Notes: generated by a model not told the origin, from the letters alone. A stretch of 25,662 nucleotides of DNA from a bacterium (GCA_963663405.2 CAXXSM010000024.1:1-25662); one strand, 5' to 3'. Counted from the stretch's first letter, positions 1-10,173 are shown. Numbers and translations: made by a program.

Positions 1-455
1 CGATATAAATTCTCTCCTTCCAAATCCCACAGTAATGCTCCTCTGCCACAAAGAATAATTTTGGATGATGAAGAAAGAAATTTTGCATTCTCTGCATCGG
101 TGATATCTTTGATTTGTCCTGATGACACATTCATTATCTCGATCAAATTATCAGATTTAATACGCCCAAATACAATGTACTTATCATCTTGGGAAAGATC
201 TAGAATTTCAATTTCTTCATTTGCTATGGTGAATTCGCTAAGTACATGGCCATCTGACACATCAAATACACGAATCACACCTTCGATTCCCATTCCACTT
301 GTGATAATTTTAGTTTCATCGGATGTAACAAAAATACTGTTTACCTGTTGTGGATGTTTAATCACTAAAGAAGGTATATTACCCGACCATGCGTTTGAGA
401 CAATAAATAGTGCAATAATTAAATAATAATATTTCATTCGATACAAAAATGACAT
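1..455 (-). CDS. Secreted WD40/beta-propeller repeat protein, 5' part only (runs off the window)
   Basis: Not in the ORF track; translated by hand from ATG at 455: MSFLYRMKYYYLIIALFIVSNAWSGNIPSLVIKHPQQVNSIFVTSDETKIITSGMGIEGVIRVFDVSDG...LDLSQDDKYIVFG...ALLWDLEG. Signal peptide, WD40-like blades, upstream AAAGGA SD, no stop before position 1. Confidence 0.8.
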   Translation of the reverse strand, partial: MSFLYRMKYYYLIIALFIVSNAWSGNIPSLVIKHPQQVNSIFVTSDETKIITSGMGIEGVIRVFDVSDGHVLSEFTIANEEIEILDLSQDDKYIVFGRIKSDNLIEIMNVSSGQIKDITDAENAKFLSSSSKIILCGRGALLWDLEGENLY

Positions 456-482
456 TTTAATATCCTTTATGGTGAGGCTAAA

Positions 483-526
483 TGATCGAAGTCTCTCCAA
501 TAATAAAAGTGAAGAGACTTCGATCA
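483..526. terminator. Intergenic hairpin, possible terminator or mRNA stabiliser
   Basis: Perfect 14-bp inverted repeat TGATCGAAGTCTCT (483-496) / AGAGACTTCGATCA (513-526), just downstream of the 278-aa gene. The U-tract on the minus strand is short. Confidence 0.55.
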
Positions 527-537
527 AAGACGTTTTT

Positions 538-1374
538 TCAATATGCAAATATTGAGGGATAATTTCTAGTTTTTCCACTATTGACAAGATCGCTACGGCC
601 TTCAAGATTGGGAGAAAATTTCTGATACATCCTCCAAGCACGAACAATTACGGGATCAAGAGATTCATTATTGTTTTCTATTGCTTGCCTCAAATCATCT
701 CGAAATTCTTGTGCACGAGAATGATTGGAATAGTATAAACGATCCAAAGCGGTGAGAACAAAATCATTGATGACTGATTCCTTTAATTCTGTCATTTTTT
801 CTTGAGACATAGGTTCTTTATTGAACCAGGAATCATCTCCTCCATTAACCAAGTCAACAATTTGTATTCTTTTTTCCCAGTTCTCACGATGACTTAGAAA
901 TGTCAGAATACCAATTGACCCAGATGTATTAATTTCAGTGAGTGAACGAATAAAGCATGTAATTTCAGAAACTTGATTCCAATTGGTAAGAATATGATCA
1001 TCAAAAAGTGTTCTTGCTACATAAATCCATGCTTTTTTTCGAACATCATCAATTCCTTTCGATGCGCATTTTGCAATTAGGAGGTTATAGCGGTATCGAA
1101 TACGATAATGCTTAGATGACATTGTTGAATTAACCGTCTCAATATCAGACCAAAGTTCATTCCATTGATTCTCTGTTACACTATCATAACTTCTAAAATG
1201 GCTCGAATTCAGAGAGTTCAAAAATTCATATAAGCAGCGAGCATTTTGTAAAGAGTTTAAATCATTTTGAAAAATCTCTTCTTCTATAAATGCACGTTGC
1301 GAATTTGCGTTACTTATTATTATGAGAAACAAGATGAATATAACATTCACTATTTTGATGCATTTCATCATCAT
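538..1374 (-). CDS. Hypothetical secreted protein (278 aa)
   Basis: Long ORF in AT-rich DNA, AAGGAG SD, hydrophobic N-terminus ending ANS. No family recognised. Confidence 0.75.
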   Translation of the reverse strand: MMMKCIKIVNVIFILFLIIISNANSQRAFIEEEIFQNDLNSLQNARCLYEFLNSLNSSHFRSYDSVTENQWNELWSDIETVNSTMSSKHYRIRYRYNLLIAKCASKGIDDVRKKAWIYVARTLFDDHILTNWNQVSEITCFIRSLTEINTSGSIGILTFLSHRENWEKRIQIVDLVNGGDDSWFNKEPMSQEKMTELKESVINDFVLTALDRLYYSNHSRAQEFRDDLRQAIENNNESLDPVIVRAWRMYQKFSPNLEGRSDLVNSGKTRNYPSIFAY

Positions 1375-1406
1375 AAACTCCTTATTCCTATTTTATACTC
1401 TCAATA

Positions 1407-1520
1407 TTATTGACCTACATATCCAATGGGATCGAACTGATCTGGATGATTGGATTGTTGGTGACCTATACACTGCCACTCTTCAAGCCCATTATCGCTA
1501 TCCGCTCCACCTCCCCACAT
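1407..1520 (-). pseudogene. 37-aa small ORF or 3' remnant of a larger gene
   Basis: MWGGGADSDNGLEEWQCIGHQQSNHPDQFDPIGYVGQ*, preceded by AAGGA. The same frame continues upstream through one stop as GCDLNHDGL*GNL. Confidence 0.3.
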
Positions 1521-1564
1521 TAAGTTTCCTTATAAACCATCATGATTGAGATCACAACCTGCAA

Positions 1565-1622
1565 ATGAAAATGAGTTGCGGGAGTGAATTCTAACGAGCA
1601 AGCCTTCGAAACTCATTTTCAT
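1565..1622. repeat. 58-bp element with terminal inverted repeats
   Basis: ATGAAAATGAGTTGCG ... CGAAACTCATTTTCAT, 15 of 16 positions complementary. Confidence 0.65.
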
Positions 1623-1932
1623 ATAAATTCATCCAACCTCTACTATAAAAATGACGAAATAATTCTCAGAAGGATATAAAATCGAAAGAACAAATAAACG
1701 AACCAGAGCACATATATATTTCTTGCCACAAAGGTAACACAAAACAGGATATCTGTCAACAATAAAAATGATAGAAAAACTATATACAGCACATAGATAT
1801 GTATCAATAGTCAATTGAGAGACATATAGAGCAATAGATTACTGATCTAGTCTATATTTGAGGTAAATACGTATCACAGGTATCATTAAACAGTTTGTTC
1901 TGAAATGGAATAAGAGGAGGAAAAGAAAGGAA

Positions 1933-2418
1933 TTACGCCGGTGAGTCCGTATTCCGCATCGCGCCGCGGACACGCTCCAGCATATGGCAGAGTTGAGTAT
2001 GCTCTTCAGAGGCGAACGATGTCATGATCTCTTCAATGCGGGTATAGTATATTGTCTCAACGCGTTCCAGAAGCCGTTTTCCTGGTTTCGTGATCTTAAT
2101 TTGATTGACGCGCCGGTCTCCCGCGTCGGCGGATCGGCTGACCCAACCCGCTTTTTCCATCCGGTCGACCAATCCCGTCACGTTCGAGCGGTTGACCAGC
2201 AGCATCTTACCCAAATCGGTCTGCGTCATCCCTCCCCGGTTGGATTGATACCGCAGCAAAAGAAGCACGTTGAACTGCGCGTCGGTAAGCTGAAATGGAC
2301 GCAGCAAACGGTTCATTTCCTTGGCAAGAAGTTCGCCGGTAAACACAACATTCATCAACACTTCATGCGCGCTGCTTTCAATCGGATTGATGAGACCCAG
2401 TTCCTGCTGCAACGTCAT
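1933..2418 (-). CDS. MarR family transcriptional regulator
   Basis: LTDAQFNVL..MTQTDLGKMLLVNRSNVTGLVDRMEKAGWVSR..DRR winged-helix signature; AAGGA SD. Confidence 0.95.
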   Translation of the reverse strand: MTLQQELGLINPIESSAHEVLMNVVFTGELLAKEMNRLLRPFQLTDAQFNVLLLLRYQSNRGGMTQTDLGKMLLVNRSNVTGLVDRMEKAGWVSRSADAGDRRVNQIKITKPGKRLLERVETIYYTRIEEIMTSFASEEHTQLCHMLERVRGAMRNTDSPA

Positions 2419-2472
2419 CGGTTTTTCCTTTATCCTTCGGGAATCCCAAAAATAATACGCGTTTCATTCACG

Positions 2473-5400
2473 TTAGGGAATCCGCGCAATCAATTGAAAT
2501 GGAATTCGGTTCTCAAATCCAAAATGCGTAACAAATTCCAACGTTCCCGCAATCATCCAATCAGGCCCGACACAATCCCCACACGCGGGCAAAACACAAG
2601 AAACCGATCCTCTTGGAGACAGATCGTCAAAGACAATAGGATCACACTCACTATCATTAATTGAATACTGCATTCGTAACTGCCGCAGCGTACAATTCCG
2701 CTTATTCGTCAGCTGAATCCGGCATCGGCCGCCGGATGTGGAATCAAGAACAATCTCTGCGTCAGCAAACGCTTTCCGGATCGCTTCATCAAAGATCTTA
2801 TGGGTATTATATCCTGAATCCATCACCCCCGGATGCGACGCGCTGTTCGGCCGCATATACAAAAATCCCCCCGCCATCCCAGCCTGTTCGACTCCCCATG
2901 CGAAGAGACCTTCCATCGCTTCCACACCGGTCGAATGAATCGCTCCATAATAACTGTTGTATTCACAGAAGATGACCGGCATGTCATGAGAATAACCGAG
3001 ATCCACACTGCGCTGAATCAACTTCTGGCGGTCAACGGCGGTTTGCCCCTCTCCGAAATAGTAATTGACTCCCATCACATCCTGCCCTTGCCACAAGTCT
3101 TGCCCATACAGATTAGCGTAATGTGTAGGACGTTGATACGGATCCCAGGTCTGATAAACCGGATAGATGGATAGCAGAAAATCAATATTCTCACCAACAA
3201 TTTCATTGCATGAATTCCATAACAAAACACCGGCCGAATCTTTATAGCGATCAATAAACAAACGCGTCAATTCCCGCGCCGTGCCCAACGGCGGCCCCAC
3301 CTGCTGTCCAAAGACTTCCGCCGTTCTCGCACAGCTGAATGGAGCCAAGACCGTATAAACACTATTCAGTTCATACGCCAATTCCATCTGCCACCGCGCG
3401 GGATAATCCCCCCGCCATGTATTAAATCCCAATTCCCGCATAATGCGCATCATACTCGCGGTGCGTTCCGGACTGCGGGAATCCAACCCATGCACATTGA
3501 CTCCCTTCACAATGAACGGCTCTCCATTGACGAGAAGATCCTTCCCATCGGTTTCAACAACAGTGGCGACTACACGCTTTTCACAGGAAAAATCGTCACA
3601 ATCCACCCGGATATCGTAATACCCAAACCACGGTTCAACCTCAACCACAATTCGTTCCGCCTGTGAAACCGTCTCACCAACAAGCCGGTCCTTCGCATAC
3701 ACACGAACCGTCACTGGATTTTCACAAGAAGACACAGCCACAATGATTGGAGTTAAAAACCGCTCCCCACTCTTCTCCACATGATTCTGTTTAACAATCT
3801 CAATCGATTTGCCCATCGGTGGATCAATCGTCAATTCCCGCGCCGCTTCCGTCATGACGATCCCCCGGCGCATCAGCCGCAGCGCCACCGATAAATTCCC
3901 CACCGTTTTCCCCCGCCAATCGTATTCAACCTTTTTCTCTCCATATGCGGGGAGATCAACCGGCTGCGCTTTCTGATACAAAATACACCCGGATTCGCTG
4001 GTCACGGTTAAGACGGCGTCAATCGAAATGGCGTCTCCACCACAATTCCGCAAGGTAGAGACAACAGGGCGGGAACCATCCGTCATTACCGCGCCCACTT
4101 CAAAATCCCATATTTCCAATGGAGCGCTGGAGACATAAAACCGCCCAGCCTGAAAACTGGAGCCCACGCGATCGATCTGATCGCCGGGCGTATTCCCCAA
4201 AAAGACATGCGCGCCAGACTTAGGATCCGTGACCGTCACCAACAGGTTGTGCCATTCATCCAGAATAACAGGTTCATTGGGCCGCGTAACAGCGTCTTCC
4301 GCCAAAACCGATAAAGTGATGCGTTGAATATACGTTTCCCCCGGCTTCCATTGATGAGTAGGGATCTCAGGAGATGTATTACACTGCGCCACAACACGAT
4401 CCCCAAATGGACTCACCAACCGGACACTGAAATCAAAATCCCGGTCGATCGCCTTACCTCTCATGCTCCAAGGAATCTCTATTTCATACGATCGCCCCAT
4501 CACCATACTTCGCGCATGAGTCTTGACCGGATGAAAAAAGATCTGATAATCCGGCGAATAAAAATCGACAATCCCATGTTTCGGGGCGCCAATGCCCTCG
4601 CGATTCTTATATCCAGCAGGAATAAAATCGATGTCCAAAGTGAGCCCCAATTCCTTGAGCCATCGCCCTTTATATCCATGCAATTCTGACAAAGTTTCGA
4701 TCACGAAACGAAACGAAGCTTCCGATTCATTCGTTTTTCCCGACTCAAATAACGTCATCGCATGTGTAAGATGCGCTTTCGCCGCGTCAGCGATCACCCG
4801 TAGCGGCTTGATCCTCTCCGTTGTAGAAGATTGGGATTGGAGCGCCTCTTCAAGTTTCGCTAAAAATACTTTTACACACTCGAATCGCTCCACCAATTTC
4901 GATTGAGCGCTCACTTCAAAAAAGCATTCCGTAGAAATAACGCTAGCGGAATTGGATAACGAAACCTGATACAATCCTGCTTCCAATGTTTTAGCTAGGG
5001 GAACGACGGTAGAACCACTCGATAAATCGGATTGCAGTTCCCCCGGCTCCTTCGCTAGAAGAATCGGCAATTGAGAATCCCCTTCCGGAATATCCAAAAG
5101 AATTTCTTTTTTGAAAATTTCTGAACCGCTGTAAGAGAGAACGAGTTCCCATTTTTCCCGGCTCTGTTTCGGTAAATTAGTGAATAAAATCAAAGGGATT
5201 TTCTTCGGATCGGTTATCCGTTCCAAAGAAGAAAAAAGAGAGACAGGAGGCGTTTGGATTGAAATGTCTTTTGTATCCGCCGCAAAATAGGCCACACGAA
5301 TCGAACCCGAGTTGATCCGCAATCCAAATCGATCCCCTTTAACAGCATACTGCGTCTCGATCGCCCACTCATCCGGCTCCTCTCGTTCCGCCGGCCAATA

Positions 5401-5943
5401 CTTCGCCCGCAACCGGTTCCCTTCAATCTGCACTTTCTGCCAAATCCAATTCGTCTGATTCCATGAATCCGTAATCAACCCTACGCCGGCACGTTCTTCA
5501 ATCGGATATTCTTCACCATCCGGATCAATCACACGGAATTGAAATCCAAGATCGTTATCCTGTTCGAGCCAAACATGCGGTCTCTTTATTTTCGCATTAT
5601 GCTCCGCGTTGGTATTCTGCCCGTATTGCGCCCAGACCATAATCACCCCATCCGCGTCTTGAACACGAGGAGCGTTTTCTTTATACAACGCGACAAACGT
5701 CCCTTCCCGCAAAGGAAGCGCGGATGCCAATCCCATCGCGACATCACCATCAATCTGCAATACCTTTAACCCATACCCCACCGGACAACTAAAATCGTCG
5801 ACAACTTCCACTTTCAAATTGCCGGTGTAATCAATAAACGTCCATTGATCGACCGACTGACATCGATCTTCAAAAACCATACTCAACGCGGAGCTGGAAA
5901 AAGAACATATAAAACAACAAATAATAAAAAGTAACTGAAGCAT
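2473..5943 (-). CDS. Large secreted glycoside hydrolase, GH2-like (clan GH-A) TIM barrel near the C-terminus
   Basis: LLVNGEPFIVKGVNVH, WNSCNE (acid/base-like) and PVIFCEY (nucleophile-like). Start placed at ATG 5943 because MLQLLFIICCFICSFSSSALS is a signal peptide. Confidence 0.8.
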   Translation of the reverse strand: MLQLLFIICCFICSFSSSALSMVFEDRCQSVDQWTFIDYTGNLKVEVVDDFSCPVGYGLKVLQIDGDVAMGLASALPLREGTFVALYKENAPRVQDADGVIMVWAQYGQNTNAEHNAKIKRPHVWLEQDNDLGFQFRVIDPDGEEYPIEERAGVGLITDSWNQTNWIWQKVQIEGNRLRAKYWPAEREEPDEWAIETQYAVKGDRFGLRINSGSIRVAYFAADTKDISIQTPPVSLFSSLERITDPKKIPLILFTNLPKQSREKWELVLSYSGSEIFKKEILLDIPEGDSQLPILLAKEPGELQSDLSSGSTVVPLAKTLEAGLYQVSLSNSASVISTECFFEVSAQSKLVERFECVKVFLAKLEEALQSQSSTTERIKPLRVIADAAKAHLTHAMTLFESGKTNESEASFRFVIETLSELHGYKGRWLKELGLTLDIDFIPAGYKNREGIGAPKHGIVDFYSPDYQIFFHPVKTHARSMVMGRSYEIEIPWSMRGKAIDRDFDFSVRLVSPFGDRVVAQCNTSPEIPTHQWKPGETYIQRITLSVLAEDAVTRPNEPVILDEWHNLLVTVTDPKSGAHVFLGNTPGDQIDRVGSSFQAGRFYVSSAPLEIWDFEVGAVMTDGSRPVVSTLRNCGGDAISIDAVLTVTSESGCILYQKAQPVDLPAYGEKKVEYDWRGKTVGNLSVALRLMRRGIVMTEAARELTIDPPMGKSIEIVKQNHVEKSGERFLTPIIVAVSSCENPVTVRVYAKDRLVGETVSQAERIVVEVEPWFGYYDIRVDCDDFSCEKRVVATVVETDGKDLLVNGEPFIVKGVNVHGLDSRSPERTASMMRIMRELGFNTWRGDYPARWQMELAYELNSVYTVLAPFSCARTAEVFGQQVGPPLGTARELTRLFIDRYKDSAGVLLWNSCNEIVGENIDFLLSIYPVYQTWDPYQRPTHYANLYGQDLWQGQDVMGVNYYFGEGQTAVDRQKLIQRSVDLGYSHDMPVIFCEYNSYYGAIHSTGVEAMEGLFAWGVEQAGMAGGFLYMRPNSASHPGVMDSGYNTHKIFDEAIRKAFADAEIVLDSTSGGRCRIQLTNKRNCTLRQLRMQYSINDSECDPIVFDDLSPRGSVSCVLPACGDCVGPDWMIAGTLEFVTHFGFENRIPFQLIARIP

Positions 5944-5960
5944 ATTAAATCTGATCTTTC

Positions 5961-6005
5961 TGTCCCGCAGGGACACTATCGGCGAACCTAGGATTCCCAT
6001 CCTGG
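5961..6005. repeat. Small REP-like double hairpin
   Basis: TGTCCC-GCA-GGGACA followed by CTAGGAT-TCCC-ATCCTGG, just upstream of the likely GH2 start. Confidence 0.35.
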
Positions 6006-6184
6006 ACACCGCAAGCAATTCTGCATTCTCCTTTGAAAAGGAAAGAACCATAAACAATTAAATAAACCACATCCCAAATGAGTTCCGTTTTTAAATCCAA
6101 ACCGCCAACTCGAAAATGAAGGGCAGGATCAGTAATACTCCATCATGATTCCTTTCCTCAAAACGAAATCAACTAGCACAATTC

Positions 6185-6228
6185 AATCCTGCGCATCCTT
6201 TCATCCTGAACATCCAGATTCAGACAAA
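6185..6228. repeat. Solo arm of the ATCC-periodic GATTCAGACAAA repeat family
   Basis: AATCCTGCGCATCCTTTCATCCTGAACATCCAGATTCAGACAAA has the same spacing and the same terminal 12-mer as 23283-23325. Confidence 0.7.
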
Positions 6229-6248
6229 AAAGAATAAGAGCCGACAGT

Positions 6249-7505
6249 TCACCCCGGAGTTCCCTCAATATACCCATACAGTCCCAAAAGATCATACGTA
6301 TCAAGAGGAATACCGATTTTATCCCAATGACCGATCACAGAAACCGATTTAAACGCATCCAACGGTTTATCGGGATGAAAGGCCCGGATTGTCGAAGGCA
6401 TATTGTAGACCTGCTCTCTCGAAAGCCCCGGATGAATCACGGTGTGTTGTAATGCAGCCGGTGTATTCGTCAAACTCAAAATTTGGATCAACCGGCCTCC
6501 GGTAAAATGAGCGACGGATCCGATCGGATATGGCGCAATCCGGTAATTCAAACATAAAACCGCTTTACTGTCATAGAACTGACGCGCCTGTTGATTCAAC
6601 TCACATAACGCATCCACCGGATTTCGCGCTGTGCGAAAATACCGCTTTGAAATCATGCTGTGATACGAATCCGCCACGGCCAGGATTTGCGCGTAGGGCT
6701 CAATTTTATCCATACCTATTTTTGAAGGATAACCAGAACCGTCATTTCTCTCATGATGCTGCCGAACCACCCGCGTCGTCACGAAATTCTCCTGCTGGAA
6801 CATGCTCGCAACAAAATGAGCGCTGGTTTCCGGATGGTTTTGAACGATCTTCCATTCCTCTTCAGTCAGTTTCCCCTTTTTTTCGCGGATCGGCGCGGGG
6901 ATTTTCATCATCCCGATATCAGCGAAGAATCCAGCGGTAGCGATCTTTTGCGCGTGCGCCAATAATTCCGGGGACTCCTTGTAATAATCAAACGCGAGAA
7001 TGGCGCAGATCAATCCAACATTTTTCCCATGTTCAAAAAGATAATCTTCCAACGCGCCGATCGTACGGAGATGAACAATCGAACGTCTCAAACGCTTAGG
7101 CGGTGAATCATCCATCGGATCTTCACACCGGATGATTTTCTTAAATTCATTGGCCGCTTCAGTCAATATTTCATACACGTCTTTCCGGATCCTGCGTGGA
7201 TTCGTAACGGAATCTTCCTGAAACGCTAAATACGAATCGCGGATAAGAAAAAACAACGCGTATTCGATCTCTTCTGAAAACGTGTAGGGGGGTGGATTTT
7301 TCTTTTCAAAAGGAAAAGGAAATTCCAGATACTCAATTTTATTCCGCGCGATCAATTCTTTAATCCGATCCGTTAGCGGCGTCCCTTTTTTGACCAGCAG
7401 GCGCTTTTTCTCTTTATCCAGGTAGATATCCGCCGGACTCTTCAATTCTGGACGGCACATACCAAGAGACAAACGGACCATAAGCGGCTCTCCTTCAAGA
7501 TCCAT
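6249..7505 (-). CDS. HD-GYP domain protein with altered HD motif
   Basis: HHERNDGSGYP, ILAVADSYHSM and YPIGS present; the expected HDIG reads ADIG. Start uncertain (7544, 7505 or 7481). Confidence 0.85.
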   Translation of the reverse strand: MDLEGEPLMVRLSLGMCRPELKSPADIYLDKEKKRLLVKKGTPLTDRIKELIARNKIEYLEFPFPFEKKNPPPYTFSEEIEYALFFLIRDSYLAFQEDSVTNPRRIRKDVYEILTEAANEFKKIIRCEDPMDDSPPKRLRRSIVHLRTIGALEDYLFEHGKNVGLICAILAFDYYKESPELLAHAQKIATAGFFADIGMMKIPAPIREKKGKLTEEEWKIVQNHPETSAHFVASMFQQENFVTTRVVRQHHERNDGSGYPSKIGMDKIEPYAQILAVADSYHSMISKRYFRTARNPVDALCELNQQARQFYDSKAVLCLNYRIAPYPIGSVAHFTGGRLIQILSLTNTPAALQHTVIHPGLSREQVYNMPSTIRAFHPDKPLDAFKSVSVIGHWDKIGIPLDTYDLLGLYGYIEGTPG

Positions 7506-7693
7506 CTGGATCCACACTTTCCCAATCCCATTCCAAATCAACATTCATCATACGTTTATACTGTAGATTCTAGTATCTGTCGAGAGAAAACATTGAATAC
7601 AATCGGTTTTCATCCCCACTTTTTTCCAATAATCGAACATCTTGAATTACGGCCAGCCCCACAAGTCTTTCCAAAACTTAATTTCAATAGACA

Positions 7694-8437
7694 ATGACAC
7701 AAAGCGAACGGATAAAAACAAAAGGAGCCAATCGATTGAAAACAGCAATCACATTCATTTACACTCCTGCTTTCTGCATCCTTCTCACCACCCACGCATT
7801 GAGCGATTCAGCATACCGATACACAACCCAATCGATACACGGTTGGACCATCCACGTGCAAAACGAGTTGCTAGGCGCCCAAAAAGAATTAGGAGAAAAC
7901 GTCTTGAAACTGCTTGAGACAAAATTATATGAGATCAATCGAACCGTGCCCAAAGAAGCATTGAAAGCCTTGCATGAAGTTCCCATCTGGGTCGATGTCA
8001 AAGCGAAACAGTTCCCTTGCGCGGTCTACCATCCCTCCCCTGATTGGTTACGGGAACACGGTTTCGATCCTTCCAAAGCGCGTTCCGTCCACATCGCGAA
8101 CGCGGAAAACTTTCTCAAATGGACGCTGGATCAACCCTCGATGGTCCTGCACGAACTCGCCCACGCCTATCACCACCAAGTCTTGGGATACGATTGTCCC
8201 GAAAATAAAAACGCTTACCAACGCGCTGTCAAAAGTGGAACCTACGAATCGGTTCTTAACTACAATGGAACCATGGAAAAAGCCTACGCGCTGAATAACG
8301 ATCAAGAGTACTTCGCCGAACTGACCGAAGCCTTCTTCGGAACCAACGACTTCTATCCATTCGTCCGCGCGGAAGTAATGAAACACGATCCCGAAATGTA
8401 CAGCGTGTTGACAGACCTATGGAAAATAGGTAAATAA
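7694..8437 (+). CDS. Putative exported zinc metallopeptidase (HEXXH...E, MtfA/lethal-factor-like)
   Basis: VLHELAHAYH plus downstream YA...EYFAE third-ligand motif; hydrophobic N-terminal segment. Confidence 0.8.
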   Translation: MTQSERIKTKGANRLKTAITFIYTPAFCILLTTHALSDSAYRYTTQSIHGWTIHVQNELLGAQKELGENVLKLLETKLYEINRTVPKEALKALHEVPIWVDVKAKQFPCAVYHPSPDWLREHGFDPSKARSVHIANAENFLKWTLDQPSMVLHELAHAYHHQVLGYDCPENKNAYQRAVKSGTYESVLNYNGTMEKAYALNNDQEYFAELTEAFFGTNDFYPFVRAEVMKHDPEMYSVLTDLWKIGK

Positions 8438-8594
8438 AGAACGAATACCCCCCGCCGTAACTCCTAGTCAAAACCACATGAACTATGTATACTGAATAAT
8501 TCTGCTATAAGCAAAGTTCCATCGCGCCTCACAGCGCGCCATGCAATCCCCTCCGCTCTACTCAGAAGCGCCAGGGATCGAGGAGCGCCCCCCA

Positions 8595-10136
8595 ATGGCG
8601 GCCAATAGAGCATTCAAAGGCAAAGTCATCCTGGTCGGAGCCGGACCGGGTGATCCCGGCTTAATTACTGTGCGTGGACGCGAAATCCTGCAACACGCGG
8701 ATGTCGTTGTCTTTGATCACCTCGTGGCAAAAGAACTCGTGGACCTCGCTCCCGCGGCAGCGCGCCGTATCTACGTGGGTAAAAAAGTTGGAAAACATAC
8801 GCTCCGCCAGGATGAAATAAACGAACTCCTCCTCCAGGAAGCCAAAGCGGGAGCCGCGGTCGTCCGCCTGAAAGGAGGAGATCCCTTCATTTTTGGACGG
8901 GGCGCCGAAGAATGTGAATATCTCCGCCAGGGTGGGGTGGAATTCGAAGTCGTGCCCGGAATTTCCGCGGCGGCCGCCGTGCCGGCGTATGCGGGGATCC
9001 CCGTCACCTGCCGCCATCTCAGCGCCTCCTTTATCGCCGTCACAGGCCATGAAGACGCGTCCAAAGAGGAATCGGCCGTAAATTGGCCTGCGATCGCGAA
9101 AATTCAAGACACGCTCGTGATCTTCATGGGAGTGCTGAAACTGCGAAAAATCACCGCCACGCTGATCCAACATGGACGCGCCCCAGACACGCCCACTGCC
9201 GTCATTCGATGGGGCACCTACGCGCATCAACGAACTCTCACCGGAACACTGGGAGACATCGCGGCAAAAGTGGAACGCGCGCATTTACGCCCACCGGCCT
9301 TAATCGTCATCGGTGACGCCGTCCGGTTGCGAGACCGGTTGAATTGGTTTGAAACCCGTCCCTTGTTCGGACGTACAATCATATTGCCCCGCGCGCGTTC
9401 ACAAAAATCCCGGTTGGCGGCGCTGCTCAAAGAAAAAGGCGCGAATGTAGTGGAAATCCCCGCCGCCCGCCATGAACCGATCGCCGTTCCCGATCGAATC
9501 AGCGATACATTGCGTCATATCAGCGGTTTCGACTGGATCATATTCCCCGGCGCGGCCAGCGCCGAGCTGTTCTTCTCCGCATTAAACCAAATCGGCCAAG
9601 ACAGCCGCCATCTCTCCAGATGCCGGATCGGCGCCCTGGACGAAGAAACCACGGATGTCATTCAAGCGCATGGCATCCGGCCGGATTTTCTCGCCAACCG
9701 GTTCTGTTCGTCCGCCGTGATTGGAGAACTCGCCAAACAATACCCCTTGGAAGGCATGAGAGTCCTCATCCCCTCCCGGAACGAAATCCCTGAAGGATTA
9801 ACCCGCGCCTTCCAAAACGCCGGCGCGATTGTAGAGACGGTGATCTCATATAAGGGAGAAGAAGAGGAATCAGACGCGATCGCTTTGAATGGTCATAAAC
9901 TGGACGCCGCCGCGTTCACGTGCTCGAAAACCGTCAGCGTCTTTTTTGAGCGTCTTGGCGTGGAGGAAGCAAAACGGATGATCAGCAATGCCACGGTCGC
10001 GTCGATCGGCCCACAGACATCAAACAAATTGCGGGAATTCGGCGTGCCCGTCCATATTCAAGCGCCGGAAAGCAATATCCCCTCACTCGCCGCCGCTCTC
10101 GCCGCTCATTACTGCGACGATACAGACAAAGATTGA
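8595..10136 (+). CDS. cobA: Uroporphyrinogen-III C-methyltransferase / uroporphyrinogen-III synthase fusion (CobA/HemD)
   Basis: VILVGAGPGDPGLITVRG, VVRLKGGDPFIFGRGAEE, linker LNWFETRPLFG, C-terminal ASIGPQTS. ATG 8595 follows GAGGAG. Confidence 0.92.
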   Translation: MAANRAFKGKVILVGAGPGDPGLITVRGREILQHADVVVFDHLVAKELVDLAPAAARRIYVGKKVGKHTLRQDEINELLLQEAKAGAAVVRLKGGDPFIFGRGAEECEYLRQGGVEFEVVPGISAAAAVPAYAGIPVTCRHLSASFIAVTGHEDASKEESAVNWPAIAKIQDTLVIFMGVLKLRKITATLIQHGRAPDTPTAVIRWGTYAHQRTLTGTLGDIAAKVERAHLRPPALIVIGDAVRLRDRLNWFETRPLFGRTIILPRARSQKSRLAALLKEKGANVVEIPAARHEPIAVPDRISDTLRHISGFDWIIFPGAASAELFFSALNQIGQDSRHLSRCRIGALDEETTDVIQAHGIRPDFLANRFCSSAVIGELAKQYPLEGMRVLIPSRNEIPEGLTRAFQNAGAIVETVISYKGEEEESDAIALNGHKLDAAAFTCSKTVSVFFERLGVEEAKRMISNATVASIGPQTSNKLREFGVPVHIQAPESNIPSLAAALAAHYCDDTDKD

Positions 10137-10173
10137 ATCTCTAGACAATATTATTTTTCAAAGGGATTGTGCT

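Noticed and set aside
61-426. 121-aa plus-strand ORF
   Set aside because: Shadow of the minus-strand WD40-like gene starting at 455.
5944-6057. 38-residue N-terminal extension of the GH2-like ORF
   Set aside because: It overlaps a small hairpin repeat, and the signal peptide begins at the ATG at 5943.
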